64,000 bases of DNA. Source: Camelus ferus. Taxonomy: Eukaryota. Position 1 is the stretch's first letter, and every line of letters begins with the position of its first letter. A program made the translations under genes and the position numbers. The notes under the pieces were generated by a model, which was not told where the DNA came from, ran no database searches, and worked only from the letters and a program-made list of their open reading frames with translations. The stretch is from NCBI RefSeq assembly GCF_009834535.1, contig NC_045697.1, positions 104,844,001 through 104,908,000 of the forward strand. The letters are read 5' to 3'. This document shows, in pieces, positions 49,522 to 62,679 of the stretch.

Positions 49522-50934
49522 CGCTTCAGTGTGGAGGAACCTTGCAAACAGTCTGCTGAGTGAAATAAGCCAGTCCCAAAAGACTACATGTTGTTTGATT
49601 CCATTTATATGAAACATCCAGAACAGGCAAATCTATGTAGACAGAAAGCAGATTAGTGGTTGCCCAGGGCTGGGGGTTTGGAGGGAAATAAAGAGTAATG
49701 GCTCATGGGTATGGTTTTTTTTTTTTTTTTTAAAGGGGTAATGAAAACATTCTAAAATTGATTTTAGTGATGGTTGTACGACTCTGTGACTATATTAAAA
49801 GCCATTGAACTGTCCACTCTAGGTAAATGTTACGGTGTGAATTATCTCAATAAAGCTTTAAAAAAAAAAAAGGAACACAGCTGCAAATAAATACTATCAC
49901 TAAAATAAGGCTTTTAAATGCCTGTAAACATTGACTGCTTCATGCCAGCCATATTTCACATACCACGGGCTGTGAAGTGATCATGTCACTCATTCTGGGT
50001 TGGAGAAGAAAGCACTTGGCATAGTTATTTTTCCTGTGGCAAGCTGTAGTCCCTCAGCAGACGCAGCTCTCCTCCCTGAAGGGTGAAGTATCATCCCCCT
50101 TCCCCCACCTCAACAGTTTTGTTATATAACATGCTTTTTGCTTCATTGGCATGCTTGCCACATGCCGCATTGTGCTGTGACCCCCACACGCTTGCTTGAT
50201 AAATAATTACCATTCCATGAAGTTCTCCCACACATCGCATTCAGGCACTGCTTAGAGAAAGTGCTTCCCGTTTTGCTTTCATTAGTCAGACATTTCGAAT
50301 ATTATATTTGGCTTGATTTTGCCTGGTTTCTAGTGTATTGCACTTGAAAGGATACTTCTTTTTCTAATTCACCCATTTATATTTTTGTGGTGGCGATGGG
50401 ACAGTGGAATCACCTGTGTGTCTGGAGCATTATGCATTTTAGAATGCATTTATACCGATTACGTTATGTAATATCTATGTGCATGGTAATGTACTCTGTT
50501 ACTTTAAAAAGAGTGAATTAAGAACATATTGCTTCCAGAAGCCCATGCAATTGGATTGAAAAATAATAACATTTTCTGCAGCACATTAGCTGTAGCAAGA
50601 TTTGTAGGTATTTTATGATGTATGCCATTCAGGCATCTAAACTGTCATGGACTGTGTTTGCCAGAGGAAACAAGAGTGAGACAGGGACCAAAAGGCTTGA
50701 CCTTAAGGGAATTGACAGGCTATGAGTATTTGGAAACAAACAACCGTTCAGAGATCTAAGGTGCTTTGGGAGATGAGAAGCAGGAGAGAGTAGGGCTGGC
50801 TGGGAAAGGTTGTACTAGAAAAATGGATTGTTAAATTTAATCTTGAGGATTTGGTAACAGTTTGGCAACTTTGAGGAAGGGCAAGGCAGAAGGAATCAAA
50901 TCTTTAGAAAACATGTTGAGATAATCCTTAAAGT

Positions 50935-51120
50935 CAAAGTTTCTTAACAGTGAGTGATTTTCTGTCACAGTTGAGCTGCAGGCTGTTTCTACTGCCATCT
51001 AGTGGATGGAGGCCAGACATGCTGCACAGAGCAGGACTGCCCAGGATAGGACAGCTCTACATAGCAAAGTATCATCTGGTCCAACCTCTCACTCAGTAGG
51101 GTTGCTGTTGAGAAGCCCTG
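50935..51120. mobile_element. MER20 hAT-Charlie element
   Basis: tactgccatctagtggatggaggccagacatgctgc...ggacagc...caaagtatcatctggtcca...ttgagaagccctg. Confidence 0.85.
50992..51006 (-). promoter_or_regulatory. Candidate CTCF motif within MER20
   Basis: Minus strand TCCACTAGATGGCAG matches the CTCF core; motif only. Confidence 0.45.
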
Positions 51121-52543
51121 CTTTAAAGCATTTGAAAAGACAACTCCAACAGTTTGTGGAATGAAATGGAATTGTACTGGCTTCTGTTGCATGTGTGCAT
51201 GGATGTATACCTGGTGTACATTTCAATTTAAAAAAGTGTAACAGCAGCATAATTTGTTGTAGTGCAGGGGATGATTAAAACCACAGTGCGACAGGCTCTG
51301 TCTGGCTTTATCCTTTCAAGTGTGGCGCGTCATTCAAGAATTTTGCTAAGATTCCAGTGTAGAGAGAAGAGGAAAGGAAGTAATTTTTTTAAAGAATTTA
51401 GACGCAATTGGTAGAAAATGAAAGGGGTAGAATTAGAAATAGCATTTCTTGTACATAGGCGTCTGTGTTTTTCATAGAACGCAAGATTTTACCCCAAGGA
51501 TAGTGTTGTTGATAGTGGCATACTGAAAGCCATATTTTATATTAATTCTAATATTTAAAGGAAAATCTGAACTTAACATTCATATAAATTTATCCTGAAT
51601 TTATTCGTGAAAATGCATGCTAAAGGACATTGGAGTGTGGATCATCAAAACATGTTTAGCTTTTGTAGATAAAGTTATATTGAGCAGTTGTATACAAGGT
51701 TTTGTGGACACATGTTTTCATTTTTCTTGGATAAATACCTCTGAGTGGGATTGCTGGGTCTGTGGTGTGTGTGTGTGTGTGTGTCTGATTTTTAAGAAAA
51801 TTGACCATTGTCCAAAGTAATTTTATCCTCCTGCCAGCAACACATGACAGTTCCAGTTGCTCCATCTCCTTACCAACCTTTGATTATGTTAGTGTTTTTC
51901 ATTTAAGCTAATCATGCCTAGTGTTGAGTGCTTTACCATGTGCTTTCTGGCCATTTATACTTCTAACATTGTGAAGTTCTAGTAAAATCTTTTGCTCATT
52001 TAAAATATGTTGTTGGTCTTTTTGTTACTGAATTATTTTAAGTATTCTGGATACTAATTCTACATCAGCCATATTAATTTTGAATATATTAATTGTGAAT
52101 ATTGTGAATATTTTCTATTATCTGTAGCTTGCATATTCTCTTAGCAGTGTCCTTTGATGAGAAGAACATACTAATTTTGATGAGGTTAAATTTATCAGTT
52201 AAAAAAAAATTATTGGTAGAACTCTGAGAAATCTTTATCTATCCCAAAGTTGTGAAAATATTTTCCCATGTTTTCTTATAAAAGCCTTATAATTGATCAA
52301 TGACTTGTGAAGATTTTTTTGGGTAGTGTGTGGTGTTATTTGTGGAGATTGAGTGGTATGTATTTTTTCCTATACAGATATCCAGTATTTCTAGCACCAT
52401 GTGTTGCAAAGGACTTCCCTGTCATTGAATTGTGTAGGCATCTTTGTCATAAATCATTTGTGTATTTGCAGGTCTAAATCTAGATTCTCTATTATGTTCC
52501 ATTGGTTTATTTGTCCTCTTGCCACTTGCACAGTATCATTATT

Positions 52544-52678
52544 TTATTTATTTATTTGTAGGGGAAGGTAATTAGGTTTGTTTGTTTGTTTAATAGAGGT
52601 GCTGGGGATTGAACCCAGGACCGTGTGCACACTATGCATGCAGTCTACCACTGGGCTATACCCTCCCCCACCCCTACT
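52544..52678 (-). mobile_element. Camelid tRNA-derived SINE (long form) inside L1M
   Basis: ggggaaggtaattagg...gaggtgctggggattgaacccagga...ctaccactgggctataccctcccc; TSD tatcattatt at 52534-52543 and 52679-52688. Confidence 0.92.
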
Positions 52679-54773
52679 TATCATTATTACTGTAGCTTTG
52701 TAGTAACTCTTGAAGCCAGGTGGTGTGATTCCTCTGTTTGTTTTTTTCCTTCCAAAATTATTTTGGCCATTCTAGATCCTTTGCATTTCCATATAAGTTT
52801 TACAGCCAGTTTATTTGTAGGAATTATTTTCAGTATTCTGTATGCTAATCCTTCATCAGGATCTGTCATCAAAAAAATCTAGAGGCCAATATTATCAACA
52901 TGGAGCCTTAATAATTCATGAGTCTGACTTTCTGTTAATTTAATCTCTAATTTCTCTCAGCAGTGTTTTATGATTTTCAGTATAGGGTCATGGATATCTT
53001 TTGTTAAATTTCCCTAGGCATTTTATGTTTCCGGCTGCTATTATAAAATGTATTATGTTTTCCATTTCATTTTCCAGTATGCTGTTGGTATATAAAAATG
53101 CAGTTGGTTTTTGTGTTCTACAGTTTTGCTGAGTTGATTTATTGCTTCCTGTATTTCTGTAAGATTTTTAATTGTACACAGTGGTACCATATGTGAATAA
53201 AGGCAGCTTTTTTTTCCTTTCCAATCTATATGCCTTTATTTCTTTTACTTGTCCTTTTGCACTGCCAAGACCTCTAATAATAAGTCGAATGGAAGTGGTG
53301 ATATTGGGCATCTTGGCTTATTCTCCATCTTAAGGGGAAAAGCATTTATAATTCACTGTAAAGTATTATGTTAGTTGAAGATTGTTCATAGATGCCTTTT
53401 ATATTGAGAAAGTTTTTGTCTTTCCTAGTTTTAATCAGAAATAAATGTTGACTTTTGAAAAAATGCTTGTCAGTATCTATTGAAATGATCATTAAAGATT
53501 TTTCTTGAATCTGTTGATGGGTGAATTGCATTAAGTTTTCTTCGTTAAACTAAACTTGCATTTCTGAGGTTAACTGTACTTGGTAGTGATGTATTAGTGT
53601 CTTTAAATGTTGCTGTATTTATTTTGCTAATATTTGGTTGAGGATATTTGTATTTGTGTTCATGATGGATTTTATGTGTTGTGTTCTTTTTTTGTAATGT
53701 TTTTTTCTGATTTTGATATCAGGGTTATGGTGACTTTGGAAGAGTTAGTTGAAAAGTTTTCCATCTGACTCTGTTGTCTCAAAGTATCTCAAAGTGGTTT
53801 AAGTGAGAGAATTTTCCTGTGAAGCCATTTTGGTCTGCTGTTTTTTTTTTTTCTTTTTTCTTTTTTTGGTGGGGGGAAGCTTATAAATTAAGGATTGAAT
53901 TTATTTAGTATATAAAGAGATATTCAGATTTCCTATTTTTGTGTGTTAGTTTTGATAAATTAGTTTTTAAGGAATTTGTTTATTTCTTCTAAGCTGTTGA
54001 TTTTTTTGGCATAAATTTCTTCATAATATCCGTTTATTTTTGAAGAGGATCTGTAGTGATACTTCTTTTCTAATACTTGATACTGAATATTTTAAATTGT
54101 TTCTCAAAAAGTCTTGCCTAGAACTTTATCAGTTTTGTTAATTTTTTCCAGATGATCCATATTGTCTGGATTATATTTCACTGGATTTTGCTTTTATCTT
54201 TATTGCCTCTGGATTTTGTTTTTCTTTTAAACATTTCTTAAGATGGAAGCATTGATTTTCCATTTTATTATGAATGTAGACATTTAAATCTATAAATTTC
54301 CTTCTAAAACTGCTTTTGCTTGCATCCCACAAATTTCGATGTGTAGTGTTTTCATTGGAATTCAGTTCCAAAGAATTTCAAATTTTTTTGTGTGATTAGG
54401 GCATAGGTGCTGACTTGTAACTCAGGTGTTATTTAGAAAGGTATTTAAAAAATTCCAAATGGATGGAGATATTTTATGTGCAGTATTATTCTTGTCTTTC
54501 TACTTTAATTCTTTTTTGGTCAGTTAACATACTCTGTATTTTATCAATAAATTGAACTTTACTGGGCTTATTTCATTGTCCCAAATGTGGCCCGTTTAGT
54601 AAATGATCCACGTGTACTTGAGAACAGTGATTTTTCTGCTGTTGTTGGGTGCAGTGTTCTCCAAATGTCAATTGGATCAAGTTGTTTGATGTTGTGCAAA
54701 TCTTCTATATTTTAATTTTTGATATTTTTCTATCAGTGAGTAAACTAGGGATGTTAAGATCTCTAACTCTGAT

Positions 54774-54903
54774 CTTGTAATAACCTTTAATGAAAAAATA
54801 TGAAAATGAATATATGTATGTATGTGCATGACCTGGACTTTATGCTGTACACCAGAAATTGACACATTATAACTGACTGTACTTCAATTTAAAAAAAAAA
54901 AAA
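54774..54903 (+). mobile_element. Very short young camelid-type L1 3' end inside the old L1M
   Basis: cttgtaataacctttaatgaaaaaatatg...gtacttcaattt + A tail; TSD atctctaactctgat (54759-54773) / atctctaaatctgat (54904-54918). Confidence 0.92.
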
Positions 54904-56283
54904 ATCTCTAAATCTGATTAAGACTTACCTGTTTCCCTTTGAATGTGTAATTTTTGTTTCATGTACTGAATATTTGAAATCTTTTTTGTGTGTATGTGCA
55001 TTTGTGATTGTCTTCTTGAAGAAGTGACCCTTTAATCATTATGAAATGTCTATGTTTCTGTGGTAATCGTTATCTTGAAATCTGCCTTGTTTGATATTAA
55101 TATAGCTACACTGGTTTTCTTATGCTTGGTGTTTACTTGGCATTTTTTTCATCCTTTTCCTTTTATCTGTTTGTTTCTATATGTTTAAATTTTTTTTTTT
55201 AGTCCTAGTTTTAAAAAATCCAGTCTATTAGCCTTTGCTTTTAAATCAGGGTTTTAGTTAATGTGTCTATAATTATGGATATGTATAGGTTGAAGCCTGC
55301 CATCTTGGCTATGTTTTCACTTTGTCCTGTTTGCTCTTTGTTCTTCTGTTCTTCCTTTTCTGCCTTCTTTTTAGTGAATTGAATATTTTTTAGTATTCCA
55401 TTTTATCTCTTCTATTACATGATTTTTAGTTATGCTTCTTTGTGCATGTTTTAATAGTTGTCGTACAGAAAATAAGGTGCATTTTTAAGTTATCATAGTA
55501 TTTACCTTTTCATAAACAATGTAAGAACCTTCCTAGAGTAGATTTCCAATTACCAGCCTTTTGCCCTCTGCACCTTTTTTTATATACTGTAATTCTACAT
55601 ATACTATGAGCCCAATAATACGTTACTAATTCTATGTGATGAAATCAATAATCAGTAACCTTTTGAAGAAATTTAATGTTTTATTTACATATATAGGGAT
55701 GTGTGTGTATAATTTTTTTGTCTTTTAATACCAACATATTTATTCATTCTGATTTTCTTCAGTTTTCTTCTGCAGAACTAAGTTTCTGTCTTGTTCTATT
55801 TCCCTTAAGTTCGTTAGGCTAATTTCATTTGACATTTCTTACAAGGTGCATCTGCTGGAGAATTTTTTCATGTTTTGCCTGTCTGAAATGTTTTTATTTT
55901 ACTTTTATTTTGTTGGATGTGGAATTCTGGATTGATAGTTTTTTCCCCAGCACTTGAGAGAAGTCATTCCATTTTCTTTAGCCTCCATTTTCTTTTTTCT
56001 CATGACAAGTCATCTGTCTTTCTTAGCATTCTCTTGTGCATTGTCTGCTTTTGTTGCTTTCAAAATTTTCTTTTTATGATGTGACTACACAGCACATCTG
56101 GTTTTCTTTGTTTTATCCTGCTTGGGGTTCACTGAAGTCCTTGCATATAGGGGGTGAGAATTCTTACCAGATTCAGAAACTCTTAGCCATTATCTCTTCC
56201 TATACTCTTTCTGCCCATTTTTCTCTTTACCTTCTGGGATTGTGTGATTGCATTATGTTAGACCATTTGATACTGGTTTCAGA

Positions 56284-56710
56284 TGTACCTGCAGGATTTT
56301 AATTTACAAAGACGACTGAATGATGACATGGAGAGGCTGATGCCATTAGAAGAGAATTGTATTACTTACAGTTCCCAAGAGAAGAGGGCAAGCCATGCCA
56401 CTTGGGGCCACATGGGACCACACCAGGTCAGGAGTCAGGAAGGAGTGAGGGGAAATCCTAGACCATAGCCTTTATGGGGGCTTCACATGGGAAAGGCAAG
56501 GCAGAGAAGGGGGAAAAGCTTTAGCTGACTAGTCTGAATAATGCTGGTGGGCTCTAGGCTGTAGGGGTTGGTTTTTACTTATCTGGTGTCTGGCCTGGGG
56601 GTGATTTGGGAGGGGGGAATACTGGCTTGGTGAGTAAGAGTTACGTAAAAGGGATGGTTGGGGATTCGGGATTGGTTGGTTTGCATGTGAAAGCTGTGTT
56701 CCTGAACTCT
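56284..56710 (-). mobile_element. Old ERVL-type LTR fragment
   Basis: ttgtattacttacagttcccaagagaagaggg...agcctttatggggg...gactagtctgaataat resembles an antisense ERVL LTR; family uncertain. Confidence 0.55.
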
Positions 56711-57648
56711 TCATCACTGTTACTTTGTTTTCCATTTCTTGCCTATCCCTTTGTCTCTTTTTAAAAGCTTCTGTCTCTTTGCTAAAATTCCCATCAGTTT
56801 ATGCATGTTGACCCCCTTTTGCACTGAATCCTTTAACATATTTATAATTGTTTTTAGGTTTCGGCATGGCTCCTCTGCCCTCCAATACCTGGGCTGTTTC
56901 TGGTTCTGGTTCTCTTGACTGCCTCCTCTCCCGATGTTGGGTTACATATCTTTGCTTCTAATTTTTTATGCCTTCTAATTTTTTTTGGTTGAATTCCAGG
57001 GATTGTGTGTAAGAGAGCAATAGAGACTAAAGAGCAAAAGAAACTAAATCATACCTGGTAAAGGGTGTGCCCATTTTCCCATCAGGCTACTAGGGTATAG
57101 GGCTGTCACGTCCTATGTGTTATGTCCTATGTCATGTCCTGTGTCACGTTGGTTGGTGGTTGAGCCGAGATTCAGCCCTGTTGTTACTTTAATTAGGTTC
57201 TGTTCGAAGTCATGGGCTATATGTGATTTGAGGACGCTGTCAGACCATCTCTGGAAGTTCTCCTGCCCTGCCCCTCATTCTAGCACACGCACCTCTTTCC
57301 ACACTGCTCTCAGACGGCCCCGGGAGCATTTGGGGAGATCCGATGGGAAGGAATGAAAGGGGAGGTTCACATTCAATTTGTGTCTGTTCTCCTAAGGATT
57401 CTAAACCATGGCACCAGCCCATACTCTACCTTTAAAACTTTGTTAGAATCCTGTTTTCCTCATCCCTGATGCCCTCCTGTGTCTTGCTGCTTCACAAAAG
57501 ATGAAAACAGCTGTGTGCACATGTACACACCTTCTCTCCAAGAAAGCACTTGTTACTTTCTTCATGTTAGTTCATTAGGTGTTTCGGGTTTTTTTTTTTT
57601 TTTTTTTTGTATCTCCAGTTCTCAGATGGTTATCAAAAAAAAAACACT

Positions 57649-58060
57649 ACTAGATGGACCTAGAAATGATCATACTAAGCAAAGTAAGTCAGACAGAGAA
57701 AGACAAATACCATATGGTATCAGTTTTATGTGGAATCTAAAAAATGATACAAATGAACTTATTTACAAAATAGAAACAGACTCATAGACATGGAAAACAA
57801 ATTTATGGTTACCAAGGCGGAAAAGAAGGAGAAGGATAAATTAGGAGTTTGGGATTAGCAGATACAAACTACTATATATAAAATAGATAAACAACAAGGA
57901 CCTACTGTATAGCACAGGGAACTATATTCAATAGTTTATCATAACCTATAATGAAAAAATATGAAAAAGAATATATATCTGTATAACTGAATCACTGTGC
58001 TGTACACTAGAAACTAACGCAACATTGCAAAGCAACTACACTTCAATCAAGAAAGTTAAA
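57649..58060 (+). mobile_element. L1 3' end (cetartiodactyl type)
   Basis: gatggacctagaaatgatcatactaagcaaagtaagtcagacagagaaagacaaatacc...aactacacttcaat; possible TSD aaaaaaacact/aaagaaacact. Confidence 0.92.
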
Positions 58061-59521
58061 GAAACACTGGTTTTGTAGGTTTTCCATCTCATGCTGTTAA
58101 GGTGCTCATGATGTTCATGTTACGGTTCATGTTGTGTTCTCTTACAACTTCTGTGTTCTAAGAAGCAGCAGCTGTTCTCTAGTGATTGATGGTTTGAATT
58201 CACTTTGGAGAAAATCCAACTTGTGACTATATCATTGCTTACTTGCTCCATTTGAAACACCTTTTCGGTGGACAGAAGAAAGAAATTGTTAGAGAGTCTT
58301 CACTATTAGTAAAATCAGGCAACATGCTTAATCATCTCTGGAAAAATATCTGATTCACAGATTGTATTTAAAATTTTTTTCCCAGCAACCCTTATGAGAA
58401 GCTGAGTATGACGACTACATTTCTATAACTGAAAAAGTTCCTTGGCTCTCACACTTTTTCCTTACAGTAAAATGTAGCACAGGACTTACAATGTGCTGGG
58501 TTTCTTTCCCCCTTTCCTTTCAACGTTCCTCTTAGAAAGGCATTAGAATATTTCCTGATTGTTACCGTCATAAGTTTTGGTAGTTGCTTCTTAGTTTTTC
58601 TCTTAATTTCTCCATTTACAATGATATCTTATTAATTGACATCTCATAAATGTCTTGTGACTGTTTCTCTCCACTCTTTACCTTTATATGTATTTTCTTA
58701 ATTTACGGGCTCATTGGTCTGTCACGTAGAATATAAGGAAAATGCATGTCTTCCACGTGCGTTGATAGAACTATAAAAAAATGCAGTTGAAAGAGAATTA
58801 GTAGATACAGGGTCAAATGCAGAAAACAGACAATAATAGCTCTGTAAACTGCTTCTCACTCTTGGGCCTGGGGTAGAGCCTGGTGCAGAGGAGTCTTTTT
58901 TGGATGAATGAATGAAAAGAGATTGAGATGCTGATTTACGACAAGAGCTTGTTGAATCGGAGTGTTTCTTGCTTCAGATATTAATTCTCAACCTCATGTT
59001 CTGCTAATAGTAATTTCGGTTTTAAGTTTAGACAGACCATCCTGGCCAGGTGCTGTCTTTTATCTGACCTACTTTTACTTCATGAGGTTGATACGTCTGC
59101 CTTTGTAATCACCAAGAATGTGTTCTGCCTTGCTGTGCATGGTGAGTTATCCAGGGCTGAGCACAGTGTCTGGCCCTGAGTACGGACCAGATGTTAGTTT
59201 GGTGGAAGTGAAGTCTTTGAAGGAAGACAAGGCTCTCTCCAGTGGGACCAGTGCAGAGCATGGCGCAGTGTCTGCTCCAACAACCCCAAAGTAGAACTTT
59301 CTCAATTCTGGTTCTAGCTCCAGTGGCATCACTAATGTTACTGTAGCTTCTCCATGAAACGAAGAGATCGTTGAGATTTCTTTCTTTATGTGAATAATCT
59401 GGCACATCGTGGCAAAGTTTTCTGTTCTTTGCCAGCCTCGTATTCACCATGTTGTTCTATATATCTATTAAATTTTACTAATTAATCATCTTCCCTTTGT
59501 TTCAAAATCTAGAGAAATTTT

Positions 59522-59623
59522 TAAAAAATTTATTTATTTATTTTCAGTGGAGGTGCTGGGGATTGAATCCAGTGTGCTAAGCATGTGCTCTACCACTGAG
59601 CTGTTACCCCACCCTGCTAAAGC
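59522..59623 (-). mobile_element. Camelid tRNA-derived SINE (short form, internal deletion)
   Basis: ggaggtgctggggattgaatccag-tgtgctaagcatgtgctctaccactgagct; TSD ctagagaaatttt at 59509-59521 and 59624-59636. Confidence 0.92.
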
Positions 59624-60689
59624 CTAGAGAAATTTTCTAATTTGTTTGAACAATGAGATGCTATTAATACTGTCATTTAAAATGGGCCCAGTGTTTCCTT
59701 AAGTCTCAGTTTTGTTTAACGATTTCCTAGCCATTGATTACCAAACAAGGAAAGAAACCTGTGAAATTTAAAATGGTTGAAACATGTTTCAGTGCACTAC
59801 GTTTTATTTCAAGGTAGGGGCGCAGTAAACAGGATGCCCGTGAGCCATGTCTGTGATTGCCGGGAACACGGCTCTCGGTGATACTGGGGACAGATCCTTT
59901 AAGTAACGTGTGACAAGTGGGCAGTGTTCTGACGAATGTGCCGTGTGGTGAGATAATTCTCGGAAGTGGAATTGTTTTGAGTCCGCGCGTTCTTATTTGT
60001 CACAGTGTAAACAGAAACAGAATTCTTTTCCTCGTAGGTAATATATTTCAGCTTAGTCTCGCATCTTTCAGCATTTTGGTTTGTTCCCCCATGTATGCCT
60101 CAGAGAGCTGGGGCCTCAGGCCTGAGGCATCACGTCTGGAGACAAGGAATAGAATGACACTTTCCTTTTGGTGCCACATTGGATTTCTATCCAGACATAA
60201 TGTGGCTGTTTCCTCTGAAGCCTGACAATTGCTTTGCTCCTCACTTCAGGATCTGTCATTCTAGCTCATAACTCTTTAAACTCTCCAATTTTCAACACTT
60301 CTGTCCTGCATTCCAAGTTATTAGAACCAGTCACTCCTCCTCTTAGCCAACATCTCTGTTTGCTGCTCTATGTGCACCTTGGTTAAGAATATCCCACCGT
60401 CTACCTGTAGTAAGTATTATTTCCACGTATGAATGGAAACCCTTAGAAGAAAACAAAAAGGGACTAGAAAGCACAAGGAATGTCATCAGGTTCAGCGTCT
60501 GGTTGGGAGCATTGTAAGTATATTAAGTCCTTATTTGCTACAGTTGTTTTTGGCCTTCATGGAATCCCCGTCCTGGTTGTTGACACTGTATTGTAATTGA
60601 TCTGTCACTTTTTATGCCTGGAGTGGCAGCTTTCCTGCTCGTTGTGTCGTCCACAGCATGTACAGGGCCTCTTGACTACTTCTCAGGTC

Positions 60690-61515
60690 CATTCATCCTT
60701 TTCCCTTCCTTTTGGTCATTCTGTCTCATCATCTGTCTTCTGACACATCTTTGTGGGCAGCTCCTGCCTATCTTCAGTCTGTTTTCCACCCAGCAGTCAG
60801 TCTTGATGTGCACCGTTAATCTGATCACGGTAACCCTTTGTTAAAACCTTTCAGTGACAATGCTGATCAGCGGTCCGTTAGCCTGGCCAGGGAGGCCCTC
60901 TGTGGCTGAACCCCAGGCTGCATCACCAGCTGGTTTACAGGACCCGTGAAGAGGCTGATCCCGGCTCCTCCACGTGTGCTTGTCCGCTCTTTGTGCCTTG
61001 TCAGCCTGGGGGACGACTCTGGCCCTGTGGCTCCTTGACGGCTCACTCATCCTTAAAGCCTCAGATGAAATGTCCCTTTCCCAGGGAAGTCTCACTTCCA
61101 GGGTTACGTCAGGCTTTCCTTTCTTGCTCCCTTAGCCCCTTGAAATCCTGAATTGCTTCTAGAGAGACTGGCGGCTGACTTGGCTCACGTGACCACAGTA
61201 ATTTAGCACATTTGAAATTGAATGCTTCTGGATTCGGGCATCCACCTTCTGATGTCATCATCACTTCCTCTTTCCCTTCTAGGTGGCTGGCTCGACTCAT
61301 TTACCCTTCCCTGACTCCCTGCAGCGCTGTGTAGTGGTAATGAGTGGATTACTTGTCATTTGTTTACCTTCCGCTTTCTTTGCTAGACAGTCAGCCCTTC
61401 GTGGGCTGTATGCTCAGCCTTGTGTCCAGCACATAGTAAGATATTCAATAATTCCTGACCTTCTGGCACATGACCTAAAGCCGAGTAAATAGTCATTCAG
61501 AGTTTGTTGAATTGA
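60690..61515 (+). mobile_element. L2 3' portion
   Basis: aatctgatcacggtaaccctttgttaaaaccttt...ccagcacatagtaagatattcaataa...tttgttgaattgaa. Confidence 0.65.
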
Positions 61516-62679
61516 AAGTTTGTAAACCTTGTGTTTGTGTTCCCATGACAGACTTGGCTATTTTTGGCCTTGGGTCCCATATTCTTTGCTAGTTTGGCCA
61601 TTCCTGGATTAGAAAGTCATCAGCTTTCTCTTAGGTATTTGCTATAGCATCTTATTGCACATTTTATACTTTAGTTCACTTAATTACATATTAAATGTTT
61701 CACTACATAGAATTTTTAGAGAGGTCTTTCGATGCTTTTTTATTCTTTACAGGAATGGAGCACTCATTCCGTCCTGAGACCCCCGTGTGTAAATATTGTT
61801 TTATCACATAACGGATGTAAAGAAAAACATTCATGCCATCTGAAGTTTTCCCTCACAATTGTAATTAACTCCCCTGAGCACAGTGTGGGTTACTAAGAAT
61901 AAGGGCCAAAATCTTCACGTCCCAGTCGAGGAACTTCTTAAAACAGCCTGCTTTTCTGGGCATCTTGCCTTGATTCTTGCTCCAAAAGGATGCTGTGCAT
62001 AGCAGAGCGAGAGGAGGTGGAACCGTGGTTGTGAGCTCCGTGGTGCCAAGGTGATGGCAGAGCTGGGTTCACGCATGAATGTCTGGGGTAGTCAGGAAAG
62101 ATCCATTTTATTGTTTGCGAGTGGAGTTGGGGCATTACAAATGGTTTCCCCTCGCCGCACGCCCCTTCCCCCCAAGTTCATGGTCTGGAGAATGGTGGTA
62201 GCCAAGAGCCTGTCAGTTGCAGCTCTAGGTACTTTGTCATGAACTTGAAGCAGGGAACTTCTGCTTCGGCTTTATAACCATGAGGCGGAGAGAAAGCACA
62301 GTGCCCGTGGAAGTGAGTGTTGGGCACGGCGCTTTTGGAGTACTGCATGCTTTATAGCATTTTATAAAAATTGTAGTGATTATTGAATTACACTTGATTG
62401 CTGCCACTTGCCTTATGGTAAAAGATTATCCAGTAGTTGAAAACGAGGTGAAACACTATTACAGGAGTGATAACTTTAAAAAGTATATCCAGTATGAAAC
62501 AGGAATGAGTATTTACTTTCCATTTCAGCCATCTACTTTCATTTCCAGTTTTCTGTGGTTTAGAGTATTCTACCTTTGAACCCCTTGCCAGAAAAGTTCA
62601 TTTTTAATACTTTTGATCAGATGTGCAAAATGTGTTTAATTTGAGAAACCACCAGTTTAAGAAGGATTATTATTCTTGA

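Larger units (their letters stand above)
47490..49870 (+). mobile_element. Old L1M (MB/MC-like) 3' end split by nested LTR insertions (48128-49521)
   Basis: aaagtcagcccacagaatgggagaaaatacctgcaaat...aatgaagagctaatatgtgct | tcagtgtggaggaacc...gagtgaaataagccagtcccaaaagactaca...ctcaataaagc + A tail. Confidence 0.85.
51670..56280 (-). mobile_element. Long old L1M (ORF2 and upstream) fossil, with SINE and young L1 insertions
   Basis: ORF2 remnants: GIYPRKMKTCVHK, KLIWKCKGSRMAKIIL, MIISIDTDKHF, ELNSNENTTHRNLWDASK; likely continues to ~57600. Confidence 0.88.

Noticed and set aside
57104..57150. Degenerate ~11-bp tandem repeat (tgtcacgtcct/atgtcatgtcct); similar micro-duplications near 30051-30077 and 49443-49471
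   Set aside because: Ordinary replication-slippage products with no sign of function.
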